A stretch of 64,000 nt of DNA from a virus (Duplodnaviria; Caudoviricetes). Location of the stretch: the IMG/VR virus record IMGVR_UViG_3300044981_000214. The stretch is one strand, 5' to 3'. Below are positions 16,124 through 27,351 of the stretch, piece by piece (position 1 is the first letter of the stretch; each line of letters opens with the position of its first letter). The notes under the pieces are model-generated. The model saw nothing but the letters and a program-made list of their open reading frames with translations, ran no database searches and was not told the DNA's origin. Position numbers and translations under genes: made by a program.

Positions 16124-16468
16124 TTAGAGAGCCAGCTCGACTCTGGCTAGAGGCACAAATAGCGAGCAAAGGGAGCCTACTCTCGATTGAGTGGAACCAA
16201 AAATCTTTGCAGCGTAGTAGGGTTGAGCAATCAACAACCTTCCGTTAGACAAGTGACGCATCACATACCAGGCGTACACTGGGATCGTCCCCCCACAAAT
16301 GCAGCACAACTGAAGCCCAGCAACGCGAATAAGTTCAATTGCTAACTCTAGGTTTCCTGCTGAAGCTGCTGCCTGAATGGCGTGCCGAAGGTCTCCATTT
16401 TTCTTGGTCTTTCTCGACAGGTAACAAAATCGAGTAGAATCGTCGCCGAATCTTGAACGGTCCGCCAA
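16124..16468 (-). CDS. AIQAA/CxxC family protein (start uncertain, possibly frameshifted)
   Basis: LRHAIQAAASAGNLELA...LCCICGG; the nearest ATG (16398) is out of frame. Confidence 0.5.
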   Translation of the reverse strand: MADRSRFGDDSTRFCYLSRKTKKNGDLRHAIQAAASAGNLELAIELIRVAGLQLCCICGGTIPVYAWYVMRHLSNGRLLIAQPYYAAKIFGSTQSRVGSLCSLFVPLARVELAL

Positions 16469-16888
16469 GGATCGCCGACATCAGAGCCGGTAGCCTTGAG
16501 GTGCACTTCCTTTGCAAGTTCGTCGGGACGCATAAAGATAAATACGTTTACGTTGCTCTAACTATTTCTTGTAAGTTCAAGATCTTGAAATCAAGTTAGA
16601 AATAGCTGGGTCGAGGCCCCATGAACAGTCCGCTGCACACGCTATTACGTATCCTTCAGCGCTTAAGTACGCCCGGACGGAGTCAGCCAACGATATTGGC
16701 TTGAGGCCGCTACGGGAAGGAGCCCTCGGGACCGAGACAACTTCAGACATTGGCTCACGTGGAATCAGTTGGGTAACGCTGGTCGTGCGGGAACGGAAAC
16801 GGGCCATGAATTTGTACGCAAATAGTACGTGCAGCAACTTACTCTTGACAAGAGAAATAAATTTGGTGATGCTGTCGTTGTTTTGGTG

Positions 16889-17188
16889 ATGCGACTACTT
16901 TTTCTCTTGCTTTGCCTAATTTCTTGCGGCAACGATCGAGGCGTAAGTCTGCCCGTTGACAGCGGTACAGTTTATGCTGATGCTGCTGCTATCGATGCCG
17001 TTCCAGATGCCGTTCATTTCGTTAGGCCTGATGCCGGTGTTCTGCCCTTGTGCTCAGAGATTTGCCCTACCCAAGAATGGACACCGTGGTCGCCTGGCGG
17101 TATGTACTGGTGGTCGTACTGCTTGCCGTCATACGATAGATGCATCGATCCGAGCCAATGCGGTTCGAATTGTCCGCCAAGTGAATAA
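16889..17188 (+). CDS. Cys-rich lipoprotein
   Basis: MRLLFLLLCLISC lipobox; DAAAIDAVPDA...PDAG linker. Confidence 0.6.
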   Translation: MRLLFLLLCLISCGNDRGVSLPVDSGTVYADAAAIDAVPDAVHFVRPDAGVLPLCSEICPTQEWTPWSPGGMYWWSYCLPSYDRCIDPSQCGSNCPPSE

Positions 17189-17203
17189 TCAAGAAGGCGT
17201 CCG

Positions 17204-18689
17204 ATGAAGAAATCAAGTAAAGCCGATTCGCCTACCAGGTACACGTGGTACCCGAATCGTCGTGTCTACGAGTTTACGCCTGCAGCTATGAACGAGATGA
17301 CTCGACGGATGGGCATGACAGCCGAGGCCGCTAAGGCTGAAGACGCAGCGCAAGACGCAAGGTTGCGTTCTAAATTGGTTTTGGTTCCATGGGTAGAGGA
17401 CTTGCTTGCGTCACTGAAAGCGGCTAGGAAGTAAATTGTGCAGCAGTTGACTCCTGACGAAATTGGTCGAGAGATCCGTCGCCTGCTGCTATCGTTGGTA
17501 GCGCCCGGACACGATGATAGCGGTCCGTGGAGTAACTATGGGACCGATGCACTACGCCGACGAGCACTTGAAGTAGCCGGAATCTGTTGGCTAGATCCGG
17601 GCGAGATGACACCAAAATGTGGCTGTGATTGGTCGCCTGAAGATCCAACAGGCGCTGCTAAGCGTGTCGAGGAAGATCATGCTGAACGGAAGATGTTGTG
17701 GGACGCCGTGACCAACGACGGATGCGCGGTGTCTCGCGTGACGACACGTGTCTGCAGTAAAGGGACGCGTGGTTGCGTATCAGGACATAGGCAAGGAACA
17801 AAGTAGATGACCACTAACGGAATTCTAGTAGCCACGCGAAATGAACCTCATGAATCTAACCATCCTCGGGGCGTAAAATTGCTCGGGGTTGTTGCAGCGT
17901 CAACCCAGCTATTCAAGGCGGACAGCCATATTACAAATGCCATTGATGGTCTTTGCGAGGCGCTTTCTGTAGCAGCTGCGAAGAAGTACAAAGAAGTTGT
18001 GGCTGTCTACAATATGAAGTATACGAGACATTCTTTGACTCGGGCTGGCGGCCTCGAATGGCTTGAAGGCATCGGAGACGTGTACGGTCTATGACTCTCA
18101 GTTTTTGGTTCTTATGGCTCGCAATGCTGTTTGTCATCAATACTTTGATGGTTTGGTCTAGTTACAAACGTACTAAACGTTTCCAAGCGCACAGCGACAA
18201 GCTCAATCGAATGGTTGACGCTTTGTACGCCTGTACGACGTTCGATGAGCTACAAGAAGCAAGAGATGAAATAGCTCGGGTAGCGCGAGAGGAACGGCCA
18301 GAATGATGCGAAAGAGTCGTGATTTAGCAGCGTCCGAGATCCGTATGTTAGCGTCTAAGATCGCAACGGATCTAAAGGCAGACGATAACAGATTCGAACA
18401 TTTCGTTCATGCAGTCCACGACGACGGCACTTGTTATTTCTTCAACAACGCATTTTGTGTGACGGATCCAGAAGACACGCGTTTTGTTTGGATCTTTACC
18501 GAACACCAGGGTTACTTTACGTTCTCGCTCGACGAATTTCACACTGGAGTCCGTGAACTACAGACAGTATTCCATGCAATGGATGAGGAGATCGCCCCGT
18601 ACTTCAGACGGCCAAATCGCGGCTTAACTGAAGCGGAGAAAGCCGAAATTCTACGTCAAGTAAACGAGGACGAAGGTGAGAGTTTCTAG
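17204..18689 (+). other. Run of five small hypothetical genes (17204, 17438, 17807, 18091, 18303)
   Basis: Abutting or overlapping start-stop codons. Confidence 0.6.
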
Positions 18690-19047
18690 ACGAGCTTGTG
18701 TTGATCGATACTACTTGCTGCAATGGCGAGGTTTTGGACTTTTCTTGCATCACATCCATCACAGCGACCCGATTAACGTGACGCATAATCATCCGTGGAA
18801 TTTTGTTAGCTTAATCTTCGGCAATTACGTCGAGTACCGTAAGGGGCGTTCGGTTCGTCGGTGGGGGTTCAATTTCTTGCGTGCCGGTGTGCAGCATCGC
18901 ATCCAGATCACCAAGCCTGTCTGGACGTTGGTTCTGCACGGACGGCGGTCTGTAGAGTGGACGGTTTGTGATGAAGTTACGGGGGAGGTTATCAGGCGGG
19001 AGCCGTGGAGGGGCGTTGGAAATATTGAGCAGACTAGTTACGTTTAG
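18676..19047 (+). CDS. Cupin-fold protein
   Basis: HHIHHSD...HNHPWNFVSLIFGNYVE...HRI. Confidence 0.75.
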   Translation: MRVSRRACVDRYYLLQWRGFGLFLHHIHHSDPINVTHNHPWNFVSLIFGNYVEYRKGRSVRRWGFNFLRAGVQHRIQITKPVWTLVLHGRRSVEWTVCDEVTGEVIRREPWRGVGNIEQTSYV

Positions 19048-19137
19048 CTTTGATGAAGGCAATTCAAAAGGACGGCGGTTGGAAGACTGTAGAGCTACCT
19101 GTTGAAGAAAACTACAACTAAAACAGGATGAATAATC

Positions 19138-19338
19138 ATGGAACAAATGAACAAAGAAAAGGATTTGAACGACATGACCATCGAACAAGTGATTCAGACC
19201 TCACTTACCAACCGCCTTCGTGAGCAAGCGTTCCGCTTGAGGGACCGCGACGTCTCCTCGGCAGATATCGCCTACGCTCTCAATGTTAGTCCTCGGACGT
19301 TGGCAGGATGGCTTGCGAATCGGAATCGGGACAAGTAA
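19138..19338 (+). CDS. Small HTH protein
   Basis: SSADIAYALNVSPRTLAGWL. Confidence 0.65.
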   Translation: MEQMNKEKDLNDMTIEQVIQTSLTNRLREQAFRLRDRDVSSADIAYALNVSPRTLAGWLANRNRDK

Positions 19339-19728
19339 TAGATAATGAACGCGTCTCCCCTCAAGCAAGCCGTCAACGATTTCTTGGATCGCCTGCATAC
19401 CAAGAATGGACTTCGGCCCGACGAGCTTCATCACAAATTTCTTGCATGTCTGACTGTCGTTAGCCATGATTCACAGACTGTACATATCTCGGATGTCTCC
19501 CTTGGCGAAAAACTCGGATTGTTTGGACTGTGATGGAACAGGTCACATGGAATCGTGTGATGCAAGGATACCTGCATACGATCTGGGCGACCTGATGTGC
19601 AGATTGCCCTGTGACGGCTGTTGTCCGAATGCGTGTGTAGCAGAAGGCCTTCAATCGATGCAGGATCGAGCCGCTGCTAAAGTCAGACGTTTGATCAAGG
19701 GACTAGCTGCTAATAGACGAGGATATTA

Positions 19729-20620
19729 ATGAAGTCCTATCCTTCTATCCAACGCAGCACAGGAATGACCTTTAGGGGGACCCAACTTGACTGGAGTCAG
19801 GTAAACTTAACCGATCTTATGCGAAAAGGTGGTAAGCCTCCTGTAAGTTTCAACTGTAAACGATGTAATAGACACGCGACTAAGGACTTCTACTATATAA
19901 ATAAGCTAATAGCGAATGGTATAGAGTGGCAGCTATGCAGTAGTTGTTCTAACTCTATTGCTTCCAAACTGAAATGGAAGCAATATACTCCAGAAGTCAA
20001 AGAACGAATCAGGGTGCTATCCCGTAAGGGTGTTGTTGATTATTGTGCATCATTAACACCTGAGGAACGTGTAGAACGATCACGTAGGGCTGGTAAACGA
20101 AATACTAACCTTTCGGTGATTCGCCAATGGGAAACGATTAAGGCAGACCCAATTAAATTTGCCGCGTTAAAGGTAAAAGAGAGGACAAACTACGAAACGT
20201 ATTTGGGCTGAGGCTACACCGGAGAAGCGATCTGAGCGCATAGTTAAAGCTCTTGGTAATCGAAAGGTATCTAAATCAGGAACGCTGTTTATAACGGAAC
20301 TGTCCAAGTTAGTTCCTGATATTGAAATGGAAATCCCGATTTCAGGGTTTGTTGTAGATGCTTTTCATCGGGCTTCCAAAACCGTTGTCTTGTATCATGG
20401 TGATTTCTGGCATTGTAACCCGAGGACATTCAAGGACTCTAATCAGTACTGTAAGTGGTTAGGCAGAACTGTTTCCGAACAATGGAAACGCGATCAGCGC
20501 GCTGTTGCCGCTTTCTATAAGTATGGATATCGTGTAGTAATCGTATGGGAGAGCGACGCTAAGCGGGATCAGAGTATAGAGCTACAGCGGATTATTACGG
20601 TCATTCGTGGAGTCTTTTAA
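19729..20620 (+). pseudogene. Vsr/DUF559-like endonuclease split by a +1 frameshift near 20175
   Basis: The +1 frame is open from 20177 into 20327..20620 (VVDAF...YHGDFWHCNP...GYRVVIVWE). Confidence 0.65.
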
Positions 20621-21622
20621 TTTGCCCGGAACAAAGTCAAGGGAACCTGTGACGACCGAACTACAACACGCAATGCTGGCAGCTTGGGATATCACGCCAA
20701 CTAAGGCCGTTCAGCTTCTCAAAGAAGCCTTTCCTGATGCGTTCGCTTGCCAACGTTGTGGCGCACTTGGTAAGTCGCCTGAAATAGTAGACGAACCAAC
20801 GGACAAACGTAAGATTCTCGTCAACGTACAAGACGAAGTCCAAGGCGGATTTCAGATCTGCGTTTCGTGTTTTTGAAATCGATCACAAGCTGAATAACAT
20901 CAGTGAAGTGTCGCTAGCCAACGTAGGAGTTCAGCGTGAAGAAAGAAGTTGACTTGCAAAAAGCATATCAGGAGCAATACGACACAGCTATGGCAGCTTG
21001 CAAAGCAATGATGGCTGTTGCTGCGCCAACTTCAATCGTAATGGTTTTGGATCATTACGAACGCGACAACTTGCTAGCGTTGCTCGATCTGGTCTACTGC
21101 GGGCAGGGCGGCGGCGGGTGCCCGTTGGGCTTTCTAGACACGGGTGACTGGACAGGTCAGATTTATTGGAAGCTTGATCAATGTGGATTCGACCCTTCCA
21201 TCCACAAGCCAAACGCATCGCCAATCGAGCAAGCTAAACGGTTTAGGGATGAAATAAAGGCCCGTATTAGCCTTGGAGATTTCTAAGTGACTAAAACTAT
21301 TCGAGAAGCTGGCTTGCTCACGGAAACAGCTGACTACGACGAGCCCGGCTCGTGGGGTCGAATGAGTAAGGGCTGGCCAGGCATTAAAGGCGACGATGCC
21401 TACGACATGTTTGTGTTCGCGAACTGTGCACCATCGATACCGTACGGCAGCTATGTATTGATTAGCCAAAAAGGTCAGTATGGAGCGAAAGAATCATATC
21501 TACGCGTCCATATTGATCACATAAACCAGCTGCGCTACGATTTCAGATCAGCCGGTAATCCGACCCCAGACGAATCCGTTAAGCGCCGTGGAAATGCGTC
21601 TAGAGCAAAGAAGTGGTGGTGA
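20607..21622 (+). other. Three hypothetical genes (20607, 20936, 21287)
   Basis: Packed ORFs on the coding strand. Confidence 0.55.
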
Positions 21623-21858
21623 TTAAATCCATGAAGCGTTTGATTTTTCTCATCGTTATTCTGACAGCTTGCGGAAGAAATCTAGGGAGTGAAGCTGAAC
21701 AAAACCTAGGCTCAGGCGCCATGTGTGAACGTGTATTTGACCATTCAGCTGTCACACGTACTGTACGTTGTATTTTCAACGGTAAGTATTATGTATGTAT
21801 GGTCAACGGTTCTTCAGCCGCCTGTGCTGAAGCTATTCAGCCGATTGAGGTTCCATGA
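21613..21858 (+). CDS. Cys-rich lipoprotein, paralog 1
   Basis: LTAC lipobox; AEQNLGS...CE...VRCIFNGKYYVCMVNGS. Confidence 0.7.
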   Translation: MVVIKSMKRLIFLIVILTACGRNLGSEAEQNLGSGAMCERVFDHSAVTRTVRCIFNGKYYVCMVNGSSAACAEAIQPIEVP

Positions 21859-22103
21859 AGTACCTAATTCTATTTCTTACACTGTCTTTAACGGCTTGCA
21901 AGACACTTAACGAAGGCGCTGTTGCCGAACAATTTCTTGGTTCAGACTCCATTTGTGAAGACAAATGGGTCATGGACAGCGGATACACCTTTCTAGTGCG
22001 CTGTACCTTTAAAGGTAAGCGTTACGATTGCATGGTTAGAGGATCTGCGGCCCGTGACTGTGTTGTCGCAGGCACACCTATGACTTTGGAGGATGGGGAA
22101 TGA
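21855..22103 (+). CDS. Cys-rich lipoprotein, paralog 2
   Basis: LTAC lipobox; AEQFLGS...CE...VRCTFKGKRYDCMVRGS. Confidence 0.7.
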   Translation: MKYLILFLTLSLTACKTLNEGAVAEQFLGSDSICEDKWVMDSGYTFLVRCTFKGKRYDCMVRGSAARDCVVAGTPMTLEDGE

Positions 22104-23835
22104 CCGCCCGGAAGGGCTACGTGGTGATGGGCATAATCACAGCACGGGATAGGGAAAATTGCGTAGCTGAAGCGACGTACGACATGACTGTGGTAAGGTT
22201 CCATTCTACGAGCTATCAAGGGTTCAATAACTCTTGGCCTGTAGTCGGTAAACACGTTGAAATCGTGTTCAATAGCAGTGATACGTTAGTATCGGTACAC
22301 GAAATTTAAGGAAGTAACCGATTGGTGATGTACTTGACGCTTGCTGAAGTCCAAAACGCTGTATCGGAGTGGATGAAGCGTCGAGTTGTACCTGAGATCA
22401 AACCCGAGCAGGTCAGTATATTTACGTACAACGTCGCAACCGGTGAACTACTGAATTTGGCTAATGTCGCAGTAGGTGTAGCGGTTATGAATGTTGACAT
22501 GCCAGTCGTTGATAAAGAACCGTATCGATGATAAGACTAGGTCAACTATTACGTGCCTGCGAGAAGTCGGCTGCACGTGACACAGCCTATGAACCATTAC
22601 AGGACCAGTGGTCTATTAATGACCCGCTATCGGAACATTGCGGGGCTACTGCTTACGTTGTTCAAGTGCTACTCGGTGGGCTTATTCTAAGCGGGCGTGA
22701 CGAAGAAGGCACACGTTGGCTGTGGAACAAACTTCCGAACGGTCGAGAAGTGTCATTGGTATCGCCGCATATGGCTCCACCGACTATACGCCGTCGGGTT
22801 GTAGTGAAAGATCGTAAGACTGTTAACCGACGCCATGCACTATTTCTTTATCGCGTGAAGGCGACGTTAGCCAATGCTATTTAAGCTTCGCTGTTTCCTT
22901 GCGCATCCTTCGCGGCCCTATTCATATCAAGGCTGCAGCAAGGCAGCCTTTCACTACGGGCCATGTGAGCATCCACCGCGACTAATGCTGTGTCGGCATA
23001 CAGGAGGCTGGTATCCGTGTGCATGGAATCCTGCAGAGGTGCATGACCCGGAATTCTGCCCGGCACGAGATCAGGATCCTGGGGACGAATCAATGTGATG
23101 ACGCAATGTTTAGCAGCAACGGTAAAGGTAGCGCGTCGAGCACCATACGTGTTCAGCTATGAAGCCTTCATGTTCGGCTATACATGGACTGGGCGTCCAT
23201 TGTGGATTCAACAGGCACGAAGATATCTTCGTAATCAGGGCAAGAGTCGAATCCCTTGTCGCTATTCGGTCCAAGGTTGGAAGAAACATCATTTGATGGA
23301 CAATAAAGAGGAAGAACAGGCAATAGAGGCGGCGATAAGCGCAGGTGGACTCGATTTGGCATTGAAGTTAGGCTACGAAGCGAAGCTGAGGCGTGCGTAC
23401 GTAAACCAATCGTGTATTCGTATGGAGGATAACCAAGCTGCAAGGTTGCGTACAATACTCGCAAGCGCTGCATGGTCCCCTGATTCACTGGTGGGAGTAT
23501 TTCTAATTTGTAAGTTTGATGCAGTTGGTGTACCTAGTAGCTGGCATATTCGTTGATATTGCGTTAGAGTAACGGCAAATGACCAATCAAGATACCGACA
23601 GATGAAAATTAAGTACAATAGACAAGGCGTTCCCGACATCAACCCGACCAACAAGCAACCGAATGGTCGACGTGACAAACAGCATCAATTTGAAGACGTA
23701 GAGCGCCAGGAATTTGACGCAGACGGTCAGGTATACGTCGCTGTCGTTAGATGCTGTAAACACTGCTCTTTAGAGCTTAAGCCATACCATCGTGAGATGG
23801 TTGCACACTTACAGATCCCTTGCCGCCCAAACTGA
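22100..23835 (+). other. Run of small hypothetical genes (22100, 22322, 22528, 22874, 23095/23296, 23602)
   Basis: ATGA overlaps; the ORF from 23296 carries the AIEAAISAGGLDLA motif. Confidence 0.55.
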
Positions 23836-23907
23836 GTTAAGCTTGACTTAGGGGATAGCGCGGACCTACGGTAGTGGGAGCAATCAAAACTCGAAAGGTG
23901 GCAAATC

Positions 23908-24081
23908 ATGCTTGACCCTTGGATTATCGAAGAGATTCTTAAGCGCGAGAAAGATCAGCGCCAGACTCAGGAAGATAACCGCGTCGAGCTGCCGCTAACG
24001 CCGTTTCGAGAGGACGATCGGCCACAGGTCGTTCCGGCTGTAGAAGACCAGAACCGGGGCGTAGTGACAGTAGTTGAATAA
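23908..24081 (+). CDS. Small 57-aa protein (not in the ORF track)
   Basis: SD AAAGGTGG; MLDPWIIEEILKREK...RGVVTVVE; upstream TTGACT-N18-TACGGT. Confidence 0.65.
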   Translation: MLDPWIIEEILKREKDQRQTQEDNRVELPLTPFREDDRPQVVPAVEDQNRGVVTVVE

Positions 24082-24092
24082 AAGGACTTCTG

Positions 24093-24386
24093 ATGACTGA
24101 TGAACTATTGACCAGGCTCCGTAAGACTTGTAACGATGCACCACCAAGAATTGACGGTAGGCGGGTAAGCTTAGACCCAAAGATTGTTATTGCATTACTG
24201 GACGAGATTGAAGCTCTTACTAAAGAACGTGACGCCATGAAATCGGTCGTAGATGCGCTTGATAAGCATGAACGACAATACCAGGGCGGCAATATAAAGG
24301 ATGACTGGTTAGCTGTCGGCAACGATATTAGACGCGTACTAGGGCTAGAAGAAATCTCCTCTAGGAAGAGGAGAGGACTCCGTTAG
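24093..24386 (+). CDS. Hypothetical protein (Ead/Ea22-like pattern)
   Basis: DPKIVIALLDEIEALTKERD. Confidence 0.55.
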   Translation: MTDELLTRLRKTCNDAPPRIDGRRVSLDPKIVIALLDEIEALTKERDAMKSVVDALDKHERQYQGGNIKDDWLAVGNDIRRVLGLEEISSRKRRGLR

Positions 24387-24684
24387 CATTCATATATGCT
24401 AGCTTACTGCTGGTAACAACTCATCGATAAGGTCTTATGAGTGCCCTATATTGGTCTGACTTCGACTGTACCGCTGAAACGCGCCGAATAGCTCACCCTG
24501 CCACCGTTCACGTTCACTGTAAAACTGAGCGGGAAGCCTGTCTGGCGTTCATCGATCTATTCGGACAATGGCTTGATGGACGTGACGGCTCAGGCACATA
24601 CGAGAAATGGCCTGCTAGATACGATGTTGATACTCGATATGCCTGTGTTAGAGGACCAGGCGGGTTGGTACGCGGTGTCATAGT

Positions 24685-25017
24685 TTAAAGTGGATATTGT
24701 TGAACCATGAGTTCAATGAACTTTTCGTTACGCCCTAGACTATCTAAAAGATCTAGATCCACTTCTTCGTCTTCACCGTATTCCTTGACTTTGGTGATTA
24801 ACGAAGCCAATTTATTAGCGCCCTTGCTAGAGGATTTTTGCAATTCCCGTAAACTAGTGTTTGGGAATCTCTGTGCTAACAATGCGACGAAGTAATAATC
24901 CTCGACTAACCGGGTGTATAAATCCCTGGTAGGCTTTATTCTCATTTGCTTTATTAGTGACTCAAACTCTTCAATTCTTTCAGCTCTTGATTCAGATTCC
25001 ATATCATCGTCGTTCAT
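24685..25017 (-). CDS. Hypothetical acidic protein
   Basis: 110-aa ORF. Confidence 0.55.
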   Translation of the reverse strand: MNDDDMESESRAERIEEFESLIKQMRIKPTRDLYTRLVEDYYFVALLAQRFPNTSLRELQKSSSKGANKLASLITKVKEYGEDEEVDLDLLDSLGRNEKFIELMVQQYPL

Positions 25018-25090
25018 ACAATACCTTCCTCTTCAATTCTTTCAGCTCTTGATTCAGATTCCATATCATCGTCGTTCATACAATACCTTC
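24967..25090. repeat. Perfect 62-bp tandem duplication
   Basis: 24967-25028 is identical to 25029-25090. Confidence 0.95.
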
Positions 25091-26310
25091 CCGGTATCAG
25101 TTAGAATGGCCTTTTGATCGTTATCAGAATCTCGTACCGCCAGCCCCTGACGTTCTAGCTCAAGCCATCCAGGCGGACGTGAATCGCTTGCGAAGATCCT
25201 ATCGTGTCCTGTAGCAATCTCGTTGAGCAGAAAGGCTGCCCGAGGGGACAATGGTTTTTCTTTCTTCACTCTAGCCCTCAACGATTTAGCACCTAATGAT
25301 CTAGTCCCATTTAGCCGCTTTTTTCGTCGATAAGCCCAGAACAAACCTCCCAACAATACTGCTCCACCTACAGCAAGTAGCAAGTACTGGGTACGCTTTG
25401 AAGCAACAACTTTAACTGTAGCAGGATCACTGCTATTACCTGCTTGGCTGGCTCCAGGCGGTTGTGGTGCCAATGCTGTTTGTACCCAATCAGGCAGTGG
25501 AGCTGTTCCTGCTTGAAATGTCCCTCCTGCTGTCATCACGCACGAGGCATTGACGTTTTGTAACAAACCTGCTTGATTGAGTTGGTTGAACGTATCAGCT
25601 AACTTTTGTTCTACCGCTGTAGGTGTCGCCCCGATAGAGTTACGTAGTGCCTGAGTAATACTATCGTAAGCAGCGCTGTATTGGTTAGCGTAGCCCTGGA
25701 GGCCACACAAATTGTTTACCGCAATCTGAATCGTTGCATTGGCTGTATTGCTGTTCTGGATCAGTCCTGCCATACCGTCAATCAGAGACGACATGACAAC
25801 GGGATTACCCATAAGCTTAGGCTGCGTAGTTGGCCACTGCTGTAGGGTCTGATTGAAATACGTCAAAGCCCGTGTCGGGTCGCTGGAGCCAAAGTAACTT
25901 AGGGCGCTAATAATATCGATTGGGAAGCCCGCACTTTGAATATTAGCGTTGGGTGTGCTGTCGTTGATGGTGGGGTTACTGACAAGTAGTTGACCTAGGG
26001 TGTCGATGTATGCACTTGGAATCGTATTAAGGGCTGGAGGAGTTTGCCCTTGAGATTGTCCTTGGACAATAGTCTGAACGTAGGCCCCACAAAGCTGTGA
26101 TACAAAAGTATTTGCCGCTGCTGAAGCAGCTGATCCAGGAGAAATACCGGTAGGATTTATCGCATTAGCGCATTGTTGTGCCGCCGAGTCGATTATTGAG
26201 CTAACTCCCGACGGTGGAACTCCAGCACCAGCGTTAGGATCGCTAGCGTCCATAGGCATCGAGGTATCGGTGCCGTCGGAAGTATCAGCCAATTGCTGCT
26301 TAAACAGCAT
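25066..26310 (-). CDS. Ala/Gln-rich membrane-anchored protein (possibly virion-associated)
   Basis: TM segment YLLLAVGGAVLLGGLFWAY followed by RRKKR. Confidence 0.7.
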   Translation of the reverse strand: MLFKQQLADTSDGTDTSMPMDASDPNAGAGVPPSGVSSIIDSAAQQCANAINPTGISPGSAASAAANTFVSQLCGAYVQTIVQGQSQGQTPPALNTIPSAYIDTLGQLLVSNPTINDSTPNANIQSAGFPIDIISALSYFGSSDPTRALTYFNQTLQQWPTTQPKLMGNPVVMSSLIDGMAGLIQNSNTANATIQIAVNNLCGLQGYANQYSAAYDSITQALRNSIGATPTAVEQKLADTFNQLNQAGLLQNVNASCVMTAGGTFQAGTAPLPDWVQTALAPQPPGASQAGNSSDPATVKVVASKRTQYLLLAVGGAVLLGGLFWAYRRKKRLNGTRSLGAKSLRARVKKEKPLSPRAAFLLNEIATGHDRIFASDSRPPGWLELERQGLAVRDSDNDQKAILTDTGKVLYERR

Positions 26311-26315
26311 TCTAG

Positions 26316-27305
26316 TTAACTCCGGTTCCGTCTACGACGTCTACCTAATCCAGATCCAGCTGATTTCTTACGACTCAGGTATTGATATCCGACGACCCCC
26401 AACCCGGCCAACAATACAACAAGGCCTGCAGTCCCCAAAAAACCTAGATTGAATAGTCCTTTAGATGCTGCTTTCTCTTGTGCATTGAACTGGTTAGTTG
26501 TCGCCTGGAGGCTCTGAATTCCTTGGGTAACGCAATTAGCTCGTTGAGTAGCGTCCTGTATCGAGGCACACTGAGACAGACCGTTGCTGATGGCCGTCAA
26601 AGCCTGGCTAGTGACTTGCGCTTTGGCCTGCGCTTGAGCGGTTTTGGCTTGCGCGCTTTGTATGATCGAATTTGTAACGAAATACCCTACGATAGCTGCT
26701 ACTGCACAGACAAGACCAACGATAAGCAAAATGGCAAATTGGGCTAGACCTAGGCCCGAACCTGAAGCGACACCTCGTGCTTGCGGCGAGAACGACCAGA
26801 CCGTTGGATCGGCTAGAACGGTCTGCTGTTCGCTACCCATAGGACCATACGTAACAGTCATTTGGGATAGCTGGACCGGTGTATTTGCGCCTACAGCAAC
26901 ACCCGAAATAATGCTTGGAGGGTAAATAGGAACTGAACCTGCGTCAGTTAGCGCTCCTGGATTTGTGGCTGATACTGATTGGTGAGCATCTACCCAATCT
27001 TGAGCAGCCGCCATAAACGAAGTACGTGCATCCATGTACATGTCGACAGCTTGACTGGGGATGCTGCCATCGGGCATTGACGTAGCCAGTGTTGCTAAGG
27101 TCTGATAAGAAGACCATAGTGATTGTTCTTGTGCCATGAGTGCTTGGCCGAGGGTCACAGCTTGGTCGCCGCCTGGAACTGAAGATAAGGAATCAGCCGC
27201 TGCAGTATCTACGGATGCACTAGCGTCATCTGTGGCGTCGCCAAATTGGCCGTCCAGATTCTGGAAAGGCAAGATCCTAGAACCCATAGGCTTAACAACA
27301 AGCAT
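26316..27305 (-). CDS. Two-TM Ala/Gln-rich membrane protein (possibly virion-associated)
   Basis: GSGLG before TM1; TM2 then RKKSAGSGLGRRRRR. Confidence 0.7.
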   Translation of the reverse strand: MLVVKPMGSRILPFQNLDGQFGDATDDASASVDTAAADSLSSVPGGDQAVTLGQALMAQEQSLWSSYQTLATLATSMPDGSIPSQAVDMYMDARTSFMAAAQDWVDAHQSVSATNPGALTDAGSVPIYPPSIISGVAVGANTPVQLSQMTVTYGPMGSEQQTVLADPTVWSFSPQARGVASGSGLGLAQFAILLIVGLVCAVAAIVGYFVTNSIIQSAQAKTAQAQAKAQVTSQALTAISNGLSQCASIQDATQRANCVTQGIQSLQATTNQFNAQEKAASKGLFNLGFLGTAGLVVLLAGLGVVGYQYLSRKKSAGSGLGRRRRRNRS

Positions 27306-27351
27306 GCATATAACGTTAGCATAGATCGCTACAGCGATTTAAGGTAAAGTA

